This document shows, one piece after another, positions 19,574-28,662 of a stretch of DNA of 64,000 nt. The first letter of the stretch is position 1, and each line of letters opens with the position of its first letter. The notes beneath the pieces were generated by a model. The model was not told the DNA's origin, searched no databases, and saw only the letters and a program-made list of their open reading frames with translations. The stretch is from Lactobacillaceae bacterium (GTDB lineage: Bacteria > Pseudomonadota > Alphaproteobacteria > RF32 > CAG-239). Both the position numbers and the translations under genes were made by a program. The stretch is taken from assembly GCA_031271345.1 (NCBI GenBank), contig JAISVX010000002.1, forward strand, positions 44,832-108,831, in the 5' to 3' direction.

Positions 19574-20356
19574 TTAAAATCTTCTATAATCGTTGAGCAT
19601 TCTGGCTTTAATATTTTCCATATAGCTTGCGCTGCTTCCGGGTTTACCCTGGTATCCGAGAGAAAAGTTTGTAACCGTAAATCCGTAAGGATTAATAAGA
19701 GCGGTGTTTTTTCTTTTCAGCTTCATATCAATGAAAGAAACGCGCATATTTGCCCTCCAAATATTTATATCCGGCTCTTTCCTTCCGGGAATATAGTCAA
19801 GAGTTTTAAACTGCGCCTGCCACAGCCATCGACCTGTCGGACGTATCCAGTCAATTTCGACATTGCGTTTGAGCTTGTTTTGCCTGAACATCATAATATT
19901 GAATTTGACATCGTTTTCCGCAAAATTTTGATAAACCTGCGGAGTTGAGTACCAATATACCAGACCGCCTCTTCCCCATCTTGTCATAAGTTCGTCGTAG
20001 TCTGACGAAACAAGGTATCTGAACAAAATATATTCGGTAACATACTGTTCAATAATCAAATCCGTAACAGGAATGTTTAATTCGTCGGGTTCAAGTCTTT
20101 CCAGCTCGCTGAAATATTTATTAATTCCAAAAAACTGCGGAGCCACGTTTCTTTGCGGCAGCATAAGATATATTGTGCTGGCGAGCATCATGTTAATACA
20201 GATGCCCACGCAGGCTATAATTATCAAAATTCGCGATGTCCAAAGGTATCTGCGCTCAGGCATGGCTGATACGTGTACTAATTCCGGGTAGCGACCCAAA
20301 ACATCCGGGCTTTGTTTTTCCCGATATTTAAAAATTGTTCGAAATATACCAAACAT
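19574..20356 (-). CDS. VirB8/TrbF-family type IV secretion protein (orphan)
   Basis: Single TM helix; EYILFRY helix; C-terminal NPYGFTVTNF matching the VirB8 NPxGF motif. Confidence 0.7.
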   Translation of the reverse strand: MFGIFRTIFKYREKQSPDVLGRYPELVHVSAMPERRYLWTSRILIIIACVGICINMMLASTIYLMLPQRNVAPQFFGINKYFSELERLEPDELNIPVTDLIIEQYVTEYILFRYLVSSDYDELMTRWGRGGLVYWYSTPQVYQNFAENDVKFNIMMFRQNKLKRNVEIDWIRPTGRWLWQAQFKTLDYIPGRKEPDINIWRANMRVSFIDMKLKRKNTALINPYGFTVTNFSLGYQGKPGSSASYMENIKARMLNDYRRF

Positions 20357-20497
20357 AATAAAGAATTGACCTTTTGTTATAATATTTGCTATATAGTATA
20401 TAGCACGAATCTTGCATAAAAGTAAATAAATACTATCAATATTTGAAAATATTGTTATATATTATAAAATATGAGTTCATAAAAAAGGGTCTTTATA

Positions 20498-22405
20498 ATG
20501 AAAAGAATATTGTTATCTTGCGCAGCTATACTACTTCTCCTTAGTGCATGTAATTCTAACAAAGAAGTGGAAACAGACGTTGTCAGAGTCACTCCGTCTA
20601 CGTCAGCATATTACTCAGACTGGGATAGGGCTATCAGAGCCGATGTCGATATGCAAAACATGTTTGTTGCAACACCGCGTAAAATAGAAAAGCCGATTGA
20701 TATGTACATGGCTATGGCTTTGGCTGTTAAATACAACTTCTCGCGCAGAATGGTCAGCTATGAGCAGGCTATTGTCGAAGCGGGAAATGTTCCTGTCAAT
20801 AAGCTGCCGGAAGTAATAACCAAAGCGGGTTATATAAATGGAGACAATTTGTCGGATATGAGTTCGGAGTTGAAAGCAACTTGGAATATATTGGATATGT
20901 CGACTATGTACTACCAAAGCACAGATGCGGATTATCAAAAAGATATAGCTTACGAGCAGAGTCGTAAGGTTATTCATAACATCCTGCAGGAAGCAAGAGT
21001 CCTTTACTGGAAATCATTGATGGCTCAAAAACTTCTTCCTGTTATGAACAACATGATTGAGTATATGACCTTAGAAGTTGACGAAATGAACATTAGAGCC
21101 AAAGAATATGCAAAACAGGGCAGAAATGTTTCAACTGCTGAACTTGTTAAGAAAAGAGAATATATGGAAGCGATTAAAGAGTTGTCGGCTTTGAAAAGAG
21201 ATGTCGAAACATCTGAAGCAAGACTTGCCGGCTTAATGGGTTTCCATCCTTCGACAGAGTTTAAACTGGTTGGCAAGGAATATGGCAACTTTGCTCTTCC
21301 AGAGCTTAAGAGCGACTTATCGACTCTTGAATGGCTGGCTCTTACAAACCGCCCGGAAATCAGAGTTCATGATACGTTTATAAAAAGCCAGGATTTGAAA
21401 ATCGCGGTAAAAGAATTTAAAGATCCAAAGGAAAAAGAATATAAAAACGACCCTAGATATTATAACAGACTTTGGGCTGAAAAAGGTAAAGAAGTTGGTT
21501 TAAGCGTATTTGAAGATATTAAAAAACCTACTATGAGAGGCATGGAAGATTTGCGCCGCCAAAGAATGTCTATGCTGGTGTTGAGTCAGGTTTATGTATC
21601 CTGGGCAAGACACGTCTCAGCGGTTGAAGATTATCAGATAAATATGGAAATTGCCGATATATCTGAAGATATTGCCGAAGATGTAGCTTATGCTTTGGGA
21701 ACAAAAGATTCTAAAAGCCATTTGGAAGCTGCAAGAGCTATTCAGGATGAAGCAAAAGCATATAGAGCATATATCGAATTGCAGGATTCATTGGGCAACT
21801 TGTATTCAACAGTCGGTTTAGACGCTCTTCCATATTATATGGTTGGGGAAAAACCGTCAAAAGTTGCTTTCGCTTTAAGAGAATCTTTGGAAAGATGGCG
21901 CAAAGGCGAGTTTTTGCCGGATAACAGACCATATCTGCTGGATATTCCGACAAAACGTCCTCCAATAAATTTAAGCTCCGCTAAACTGCTGCCGGATATT
22001 GAAGTGCAGGCAGGCGACAGAATAAATATTTCCATACCTCAGGAAGTTTTTGATAAGGTGGATTTCAAAGGCAAAATCACTACTAAAGCGGGTTTGATAG
22101 ATGATACCCCGCTGCCAAGCTGGCTGAGATATGATGAAAAAACTTATACTCTTTCTGGCGTGGCTATGCCGACGGAAGCGGGTACTTACGCGATAAAGAT
22201 ATATATAATGGACGAGCGCAGCAATGTCGGCTACCTGACATTTAAGATAATTGTTGTGGAACACTATGTTCCATCGATTCGCCTTCGCGGTCTTACAGAC
22301 GGAAGAAGGGCTACAATTCTTAAAAGATGTATAGGCGACACATGCAAAGATGAATATATTGAGCAGACTTCTGTCGGCAAAGAGGTGGAAGCGAGATCAA
22401 AATAA
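20498..22405 (+). CDS. TolC-family lipoprotein with C-terminal Ig/cadherin-like domain
   Basis: LSAC lipobox; AMALAVKYN and ALTNRPEI OEP repeats; LPSWLRYD..T.TLSG...AGTY.I.I Ig-like motif. Confidence 0.7.
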   Translation: MKRILLSCAAILLLLSACNSNKEVETDVVRVTPSTSAYYSDWDRAIRADVDMQNMFVATPRKIEKPIDMYMAMALAVKYNFSRRMVSYEQAIVEAGNVPVNKLPEVITKAGYINGDNLSDMSSELKATWNILDMSTMYYQSTDADYQKDIAYEQSRKVIHNILQEARVLYWKSLMAQKLLPVMNNMIEYMTLEVDEMNIRAKEYAKQGRNVSTAELVKKREYMEAIKELSALKRDVETSEARLAGLMGFHPSTEFKLVGKEYGNFALPELKSDLSTLEWLALTNRPEIRVHDTFIKSQDLKIAVKEFKDPKEKEYKNDPRYYNRLWAEKGKEVGLSVFEDIKKPTMRGMEDLRRQRMSMLVLSQVYVSWARHVSAVEDYQINMEIADISEDIAEDVAYALGTKDSKSHLEAARAIQDEAKAYRAYIELQDSLGNLYSTVGLDALPYYMVGEKPSKVAFALRESLERWRKGEFLPDNRPYLLDIPTKRPPINLSSAKLLPDIEVQAGDRINISIPQEVFDKVDFKGKITTKAGLIDDTPLPSWLRYDEKTYTLSGVAMPTEAGTYAIKIYIMDERSNVGYLTFKIIVVEHYVPSIRLRGLTDGRRATILKRCIGDTCKDEYIEQTSVGKEVEARSK

Positions 22406-22422
22406 TCGGGCAGCTTAAAAAT

Positions 22423-22456
22423 AAAAAGAGGCAGGAGTTTTCCTGTCTCTTTTTTT
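22423..22456 (+). terminator. intrinsic terminator
   Basis: AGAGGCAGGA-GTTT-TCCTGTCTCT followed by T run. Confidence 0.85.
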
Positions 22457-22717
22457 GTATTTTTAAGGATTTTTAGTCACTTTGGCGATTCGCCGGCATA
22501 TTATTCGCGTTTTATGTAAAAACAATGGCTTAGTTGAAGATGTGATTTTTGTTAACCTTTTGTTTACTTTCATTAATGGTTTTATCCACTTTTTATAACT
22601 GAAAAAATTATAAGGTTTCTAACGGGTTGAGGCATAAATGCAAAAAAATCTGGTTTTTTGTGTTGAGATAATGCGTCTTATGAATCATATTTAATTTAGT
22701 GATTTTTTCATCAAGAA

Positions 22718-22764
22718 ACACAATATATAGTGTTTTTAATTTTTTATTAAACAATATATAGTAT
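22718..22764 (+). promoter_or_regulatory. tandem NrdR boxes
   Basis: ACACAATATATAGTGT (22718-22733) and AAACAATATATAGTAT (22749-22764), 31 bp apart, matching acaCwAtATaTwGtgt, upstream of nrdD. Confidence 0.9.
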
Positions 22765-22811
22765 ATAGTGGTTAGTTAGAGACAACTGCAAAAGTTAAGG
22801 AGCATAGAGAT

Positions 22812-24872
22812 ATGTCAGAGACCAACATAAACATTGCGCATTTTGATATTGGCGCTAATCCTGTAGAAAATGTTTTAAAAAGAGACGGCACGTTAGCTCC
22901 TTTTGATAGTACAAAAATTTTTAACGCTATCCTAAAAGCCGGGACGACGACTTCAGAGTTTGGAGAAAATGAATCATGGCTCTTAACCGCTCAGGTTCTT
23001 AAGGTTATGAGGCATAAGTTTTCAGAAGCTCTCCCGTCAATTGAGCAGATACAGGATATTGTCGAGCAGGTTTTAATCTCTGCAAACCATTTTCAAACAG
23101 CTAAGTCATATATATTGTATCGCGAGCAAAGAAAGCGCAACCGAGCGGACAGAAAAGTGCTGGTTGATGTCGAAAGCTCGATTAATGAATATTTGGAAAG
23201 ATTAGACTGGCGCGTTAATGCCAATGCCAACCAGGGATACTCTAACGGAGGCTTAATCCTTAATGTGTCGGGAAAGGTTACGGCGAACTATTGGCTGAGC
23301 CATGTTTATCCAGCCGAAGTCGGTGAGGCTCACAGAAACGGCGACATCCATATCCACGACTTGGATATGCTGGCGGCATATTGCGCAGGCTGGTCATTGA
23401 AGAATCTGCTTCATGAAGGTTTTAACGGCGTTCCTGGCAAGACGGAAGCCGGTCCGGCAAAACATCTTTCCGCGGCAGTCGGTCAAATGGTCAATTTTAT
23501 GGGTACGCTGCAAAATGAATGGGCTGGCGCTCAAGCTTTTTCTTCGGTCGACACATATCTAGCTCCGTTTATCAGGAAAGATAATCTTTCTTACAGGCAG
23601 GTCGAGCAGCAGATGCAGGAGTTGATTTATAACTTAAACGTTCCTTCCCGTTGGGGTTCGCAAACACCTTTTACAAACTTTACTTTTGACTGGGTCTGCC
23701 CGGAAGACTTAAGAGAGACTTATCCGATGATTGCGGGCGTCGAGCAGGAGTTTACTTATGGCGATTTGCAAAAAGAAATGGATATGATTAATAAAGCTTA
23801 TATCACCGTTATGATGAAAGGCGATACGAAAGGACGTCCGTTTACTTTTCCGATTCCAACTTATAATATGACGCCGGATTTCCCCTGGGAAGATGAAAAT
23901 ACCGAACTTTTATTTGAGATGACCGCTAAATATGGTCTGCCTTATTTTCAAAACTTTATCAACTCGGTATTAAAACCGGGGCAGATTCGCTCAATGTGCT
24001 GTCGTTTGCAGCTGGATTTACGCGAGCTTTTGGCAAAAGGCAATGGATTGTTTGGTTCTGCGGAACAGACAGGTTCCGTAGGCGTTGTAACATTTAACTG
24101 CGCGCGTCTTGGCTATGTTTATAAAGATAACGAGGCAGGTTTGTTTGGACGCGTTGACGAGCTGATGAATATTGCAAGGGTAAGTCTGGAGCTGAAACGC
24201 AAAGTCATTTCAAGGCTGATAGACAATGGTTTGTTTCCATATACGAAGCGTTATCTCGGAACCTTGCGCAACCACTTCTCAACAATAGGCGTAAACGGTA
24301 TCAACGAAATGATAATGAACTACACTGACGGCAAAGAAAATATTTCTACGGAAAAAGGGCTTAAGTTTGCGGAGAAATTTTTGGATTATATCCGCGCAAA
24401 GTTAGTTAAAATTCAGGAAGAAACCGGCAATATGTATAATCTTGAAGCAACGCCTGCCGAGAGCGCGACGTATAGATTTGCCCGCGAAGATAAAAAAAGA
24501 TTCAAAGACATTATTCAGGCAGGCTCTAAAGAAGACCCGTACTATACCAACTCTTCGCAGCTGCCGGCAGGGTATACGGACGACCCGTTTGAAGCGCTTG
24601 ACCTTCAATCTTCGCTTCAAAGCAGATATACTGGCGGAACAGTGCTTCACTTATATATGAACCAAAGAATTTCATCCGCAAAAGTCTGCCGCGATTTTGT
24701 CAGAAGAGTTTTGACGAATTATCGTCTGCCGTACATAACAATTACTCCGACTTTCTCCGTATGTCCGAAGCATGGGTATATAGCCGGAGAGCATAAATTC
24801 TGCCCGATTTGCGACGAAGAAAAAAAGGCTGAGAAATTAAAAGCGGCAATAGCTGGAAAAGAAGTTGCTTAG
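22812..24872 (+). CDS. nrdD: anaerobic (class III) ribonucleoside-triphosphate reductase, large part
   Basis: ATP cone, HIHDL..YC, RSMCCRL, EATPAE, CPKHG..CPIC; lacks the glycyl-radical loop. Confidence 0.95.
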   Translation: MSETNINIAHFDIGANPVENVLKRDGTLAPFDSTKIFNAILKAGTTTSEFGENESWLLTAQVLKVMRHKFSEALPSIEQIQDIVEQVLISANHFQTAKSYILYREQRKRNRADRKVLVDVESSINEYLERLDWRVNANANQGYSNGGLILNVSGKVTANYWLSHVYPAEVGEAHRNGDIHIHDLDMLAAYCAGWSLKNLLHEGFNGVPGKTEAGPAKHLSAAVGQMVNFMGTLQNEWAGAQAFSSVDTYLAPFIRKDNLSYRQVEQQMQELIYNLNVPSRWGSQTPFTNFTFDWVCPEDLRETYPMIAGVEQEFTYGDLQKEMDMINKAYITVMMKGDTKGRPFTFPIPTYNMTPDFPWEDENTELLFEMTAKYGLPYFQNFINSVLKPGQIRSMCCRLQLDLRELLAKGNGLFGSAEQTGSVGVVTFNCARLGYVYKDNEAGLFGRVDELMNIARVSLELKRKVISRLIDNGLFPYTKRYLGTLRNHFSTIGVNGINEMIMNYTDGKENISTEKGLKFAEKFLDYIRAKLVKIQEETGNMYNLEATPAESATYRFAREDKKRFKDIIQAGSKEDPYYTNSSQLPAGYTDDPFEALDLQSSLQSRYTGGTVLHLYMNQRISSAKVCRDFVRRVLTNYRLPYITITPTFSVCPKHGYIAGEHKFCPICDEEKKAEKLKAAIAGKEVA

Positions 24873-24908
24873 AACTATGTTTTATTAATTGAGTTAAGGG
24901 GATTAAAA

Positions 24909-25118
24909 ATGACTGTTATCAATATGGAAAATATAAAATTGAAAGATGAAGAAAGGCAGCCTTGCGAGATTTGGACCAGAGTTATGGGGTATCACCGCCC
25001 TGTATCCGAGTTCAATAAAGGTAAAAAATCGGAGTACTATTCGCGAACCTGCTTTTGCGAAGGAAAAGCATTGGGAAGAATGAGTTCTGACGACGCGCTT
25101 TCCGTAGCGGCAGAATAA
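24909..25118 (+). CDS. nrdD: class III RNR small glycyl-radical subunit (split NrdD C-terminus)
   Basis: CEIWTRVMGYHRPVSEFNKGKKSE glycyl-radical motif; own RBS (AAGGGG). Confidence 0.9.
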   Translation: MTVINMENIKLKDEERQPCEIWTRVMGYHRPVSEFNKGKKSEYYSRTCFCEGKALGRMSSDDALSVAAE

Positions 25119-25136
25119 AAACAAAAATTTGTAGAG

Positions 25137-25895
25137 TTGTCGGATATGACGTCGAAATCAGAACAAAATTTTGTTTCCAATTCAGATAACATTTCTGGCG
25201 GCTCTATTTTTATCGGCGGCGTTGAAAATTTTTCTTTGGTGGATTTTCCCGGAAAAATCGCCGCCGTTTTATTTTTAAAAGGCTGCCCTTGGCGCTGCCA
25301 TTTTTGTTATAATACACATTTGCAAAAAATGGACGGCAGGTCGGATTTTGACTGGGAGAATGTCAAAAACTTTCTTAAAAAACGCAAAGGCATGTTAGAT
25401 GCGGTTGTTTTCAGCGGCGGCGAACCATTAATGCAAAAAGGCATTAACCGCGCTGTTAAAGAAGTTAAAGATATGGGATATATCGCAGCCATACACACTT
25501 GCGGCTGTTATCCAGAGAAGCTGAAGGAAGTTCTTCCCGACATCGGCTGGGTTGGGCTTGACATAAAAGCTCCTTTTAAGAAAGAGCATTATAAAAAAGC
25601 CGTCGGCGGAGTAGACAGTTTGGAGGAAGTTTCTCAAAGTCTGGATATTATAATAAAAAGCGGTATAGAATTTGAAACAAGAACAACTTGCGATCCGCGA
25701 ATTTTAAGTGTAGAAGATATTTATGAAATTGCGGAGTTCTTAAAATCTAAAGGCGTTAAAAACTATAATTTGCAAAGATACCGACAGGTTCCCAGAGATA
25801 ATACTCCCGATATGGAATGTGATAAATTTTTTAATGATGTAAAGTTAGAAAAGTTTCTAAAAGATAATTTTGATAATGTTGAACTGAGAAAGTAG
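25137..25895 (+). CDS. nrdG: class III RNR activating radical SAM enzyme
   Basis: SLVDFPG, GCPWRCHFCYN, SGGEP. Confidence 0.92.
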   Translation: MSDMTSKSEQNFVSNSDNISGGSIFIGGVENFSLVDFPGKIAAVLFLKGCPWRCHFCYNTHLQKMDGRSDFDWENVKNFLKKRKGMLDAVVFSGGEPLMQKGINRAVKEVKDMGYIAAIHTCGCYPEKLKEVLPDIGWVGLDIKAPFKKEHYKKAVGGVDSLEEVSQSLDIIIKSGIEFETRTTCDPRILSVEDIYEIAEFLKSKGVKNYNLQRYRQVPRDNTPDMECDKFFNDVKLEKFLKDNFDNVELRK

Positions 25896-25901
25896 CGGAA
25901 C

Positions 25902-26324
25902 ATGGGTTTTGAAGAAAATAAGATTCGGGTAATAGCCATAGCGGTTATCAGAAAAAAGAATACTATTCTTGCGGCAAGATGTTTTGACAGTAAAAAAAAT
26001 GAAGTTTTTTACCGTCCTTTAGGCGGAGGGGTGGAATTTGGCGAGGAACCCGAAGATGCAGTAATAAGAGAGTTCAAAGAAGAGTTGGGTTTGGATATAA
26101 AAGTTAGTAAACTTCTTAAAGTATCTAACAACATTTTTACATTTGATGGTAAAAAAGGTCATGAAGTAGTATTTTTATTTGAAGCAGAATTTGCTTATAA
26201 GGATAATTATAATAAAAATAGCTTCGAGCAGACAGTTGATAATACTACAGAATTGAAAGTAGAGTGGTGTGACTTAAGTTCTGGCAGTATAATTTATCCT
26301 GAAAAAATCAGAGAGTATCTTTAA
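25902..26324 (+). CDS. Nudix hydrolase
   Basis: GGGVEFGEEPEDAVIREFKEELG Nudix box. Confidence 0.92.
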   Translation: MGFEENKIRVIAIAVIRKKNTILAARCFDSKKNEVFYRPLGGGVEFGEEPEDAVIREFKEELGLDIKVSKLLKVSNNIFTFDGKKGHEVVFLFEAEFAYKDNYNKNSFEQTVDNTTELKVEWCDLSSGSIIYPEKIREYL

Positions 26325-26325
26325 G

Positions 26326-26787
26326 ATGAGAATAATCGAAACTTTTACGCTGGATGAAACAAGGTTTTTATCTAACTTTTACCCTCATAAAAAAGGCGGC
26401 GGTTTCTATCCTCATAAGATTAAAGTTATCTATAATGACATCGAATTTGACTGTGTCGAAAATGCGTATCAGGCGGCAAAAAGCCTTGATAAAACTATTC
26501 AGCTTAAAATAAAAGATATGACGCCTTATGAAGCAAAAAAGCTTTCCGAGGGCGGATATGAAATCAGACCTGATTGGAAAGATGTCCGCTATGATATAAT
26601 GTATGATTTAGTGTGGCAGAAGTTTTCCCGACACCCAAAGCTCAAGAAGCTGCTGTTGGATACTAAAGACGCGGAGCTGCAGGAAGGCAACGACTGGGGA
26701 GATGTCTATTGGGGTGTCTGCGAGGGTAAGGGCGAAAATAATTTAGGCAAAATCCTCATGAAAATTCGTAATAATTTAATATATTAA
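26326..26787 (+). CDS. NADAR family N-glycosidase (YbiA/RibX-like)
   Basis: FLSNF, ENAYQAAK, KF..HP.L, EGNDWGDVYWG, GENNLGKILM. Confidence 0.9.
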   Translation: MRIIETFTLDETRFLSNFYPHKKGGGFYPHKIKVIYNDIEFDCVENAYQAAKSLDKTIQLKIKDMTPYEAKKLSEGGYEIRPDWKDVRYDIMYDLVWQKFSRHPKLKKLLLDTKDAELQEGNDWGDVYWGVCEGKGENNLGKILMKIRNNLIY

Positions 26788-26876
26788 GTTTATCCTAATA
26801 TTTAGCTTGTAATAATTAATGAAATTGCTATTAGTAATAGTAAATATCAAAAGTTCCGAACATAATAAGGTGATTG

Positions 26877-27860
26877 ATGGCTGGAAAAACAGGTACAAAT
26901 ATAAAAAGAGTAATAAAAAAGATAATATCATGGGCGGGGTTATTTTTCTTTGTCCTCGCGGCATATATGATATATCGTCAATTATCCATATATAAGCCCG
27001 AAGAAATTAAAGAGGCTTTGTTAAGCATACCGAATAATAATTTAATTTTAGCCTGCATAGCTTCGTTTCTGGGCTACATAGCGCTGGCGTGCTACGATTT
27101 TCTTTCAATTACATATATAAAAAAGAAACTAGAAGCATGGAAATGGATTTTAACAGGTTTTATCGGTTTTTCCGTAAGCAACAATGCGGGACACGCGGTT
27201 ATTTCCGGCGGCGCGATAAGGTATCGTTTTTATACCCGCTGGCGGTTTAGAGCTACGGAAATTTTGCGTATGATAACGTTTTCTGGTTTTACCTATCTTT
27301 GGGGCTGCTGCTTTTTGATGGTTCTTGCCTATGCGATTATATATAACCACCCGGGAGACAAATCTTCTCTTTCTGGGATAACAACTTTGGCGGTTACCAT
27401 CGTATCTGGGCTTTTGCTGCTTTTATATTTTCTAATGGTCATCTTTTATAGAAGACCGATATTTATAAAAGGCGTGGAGTTTTCAATGCCGAGTTTAAGA
27501 ATGGCTTTTGCGCAAATATTTCTCGGTGCGACAGACACAGTTTTAGCGTCGTTGGTGCTTTATTCCGTGGTAATACCTTTTGTTGATGTTCCTTTTGTAT
27601 CTTTTTTAGGGGTGTTTGTTATCGCTCAAATCCTTGGAATTTACAGCCAGGTTCCAGGAGGCTTGGGAGTATTTGAAGGTCTGTTTTTATACATGCTTCC
27701 AGGCGAGCATAACCAAGCCGTTTTGTTCGGTGCGCTGATAGCGTACAGAATTATATACTATCTTCTTCCGTTAGTCGTCTCTGGAATATTGCTTGTTGTT
27801 TATGAAAGATATTTGGTCAACTTACGCTTTAGAAGAAGACAAAAACCATCGGAAGGTTAA
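26877..27860 (+). CDS. lysylphosphatidylglycerol synthase-like TM (MprF flippase-type) protein
   Basis: SNNAG..SGGAIRYRFY, SQVPGGLGVFE, YRIIYYLLP. Confidence 0.85.
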   Translation: MAGKTGTNIKRVIKKIISWAGLFFFVLAAYMIYRQLSIYKPEEIKEALLSIPNNNLILACIASFLGYIALACYDFLSITYIKKKLEAWKWILTGFIGFSVSNNAGHAVISGGAIRYRFYTRWRFRATEILRMITFSGFTYLWGCCFLMVLAYAIIYNHPGDKSSLSGITTLAVTIVSGLLLLLYFLMVIFYRRPIFIKGVEFSMPSLRMAFAQIFLGATDTVLASLVLYSVVIPFVDVPFVSFLGVFVIAQILGIYSQVPGGLGVFEGLFLYMLPGEHNQAVLFGALIAYRIIYYLLPLVVSGILLVVYERYLVNLRFRRRQKPSEG

Positions 27861-28513
27861 TTATATCTTCTAATCAAGCCGGAAAGAATACCCTGTATTT
27901 TAACCTGGGAAGCATGAAGCTTTCTTGTATAATGCTCTTCATTTTTTGGAATTAGATATACATAATCGTCTTCCTGCTTAAACTCTTTAAGAGTTGCTTC
28001 GCTGTCGTCTACCAGAGCAACGACCGTATCGCCGTTTTTTGCAACGGCGCTTTTTTTGATAATGACGGTGTCGCCGTCAAATATGCCGGCATCAATCATT
28101 GAATCTCCTTCAATAGTGAGAGCGTAATACGAGCCTCTGCTGACCATTTCCAAAGGAACGGTAATTTGGTCGTTTTCGTTTGCGATTGCTTCAATCGGTG
28201 TGCCGGCGGCAATTTTTCCGTAAAGCGGAATTTGAACAGTGGCATTAAACAAAGCCTCTTCGCGTCTTTTTTCTTCCTCGACAATTACTGAAGGTTTAAG
28301 CTTGGGGAGCCTGATAACTTCAAGCGCTCTGGCTCTGTGAGGCAGCTTTTTTATATATCCGCGCTCAACCAGTGATTCTATTAAAGAATGTATTCCAGAC
28401 TTGGACTTTAGACCGATAGCGTCTCTCATTTCGTCAAAAGAAGGGCAGCACCCGGTTTCTTTAATTACTTTGTTAATAAACAGCAATAGGTTGTATTGTC
28501 TTGGCGTCAGCAT
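27857..28513 (-). CDS. lexA: SOS repressor LexA
   Basis: PSFDEM..LKSKSGIH wHTH, IAAGTP cleavage site, GDSM, TLK. Confidence 0.96.
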   Translation of the reverse strand: MLTPRQYNLLLFINKVIKETGCCPSFDEMRDAIGLKSKSGIHSLIESLVERGYIKKLPHRARALEVIRLPKLKPSVIVEEEKRREEALFNATVQIPLYGKIAAGTPIEAIANENDQITVPLEMVSRGSYYALTIEGDSMIDAGIFDGDTVIIKKSAVAKNGDTVVALVDDSEATLKEFKQEDDYVYLIPKNEEHYTRKLHASQVKIQGILSGLIRRYN

Positions 28514-28547
28514 TTTTATTTCTCCTGAAATATCAAATCTATAATTT

Positions 28548-28573
28548 GTTCTATAAATGTTCTATATCGATTC
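28548..28573. promoter_or_regulatory. alphaproteobacterial LexA (SOS) box
   Basis: GTTC-TATAAAT-GTTC-TATATCG-ATTC just upstream of lexA (GTTC-N7-GTTC). Confidence 0.85.
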
Positions 28574-28662
28574 TAATTAAATGTCAAGAAAATACTAGTT
28601 GAAAAAAATTTTGTATGGCGTTATATTCTAGACGAACAAAGAATTTTAACGGAATTTGAGAG

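Noticed and set aside
22456-22720. Cobalamin riboswitch upstream of nrdD
   Set aside because: Hairpins are present but no B12-box or other conserved riboswitch elements were recognised
26326-26787. DarT1-NADAR toxin-antitoxin system
   Set aside because: No ADP-ribosyltransferase-like ORF adjacent
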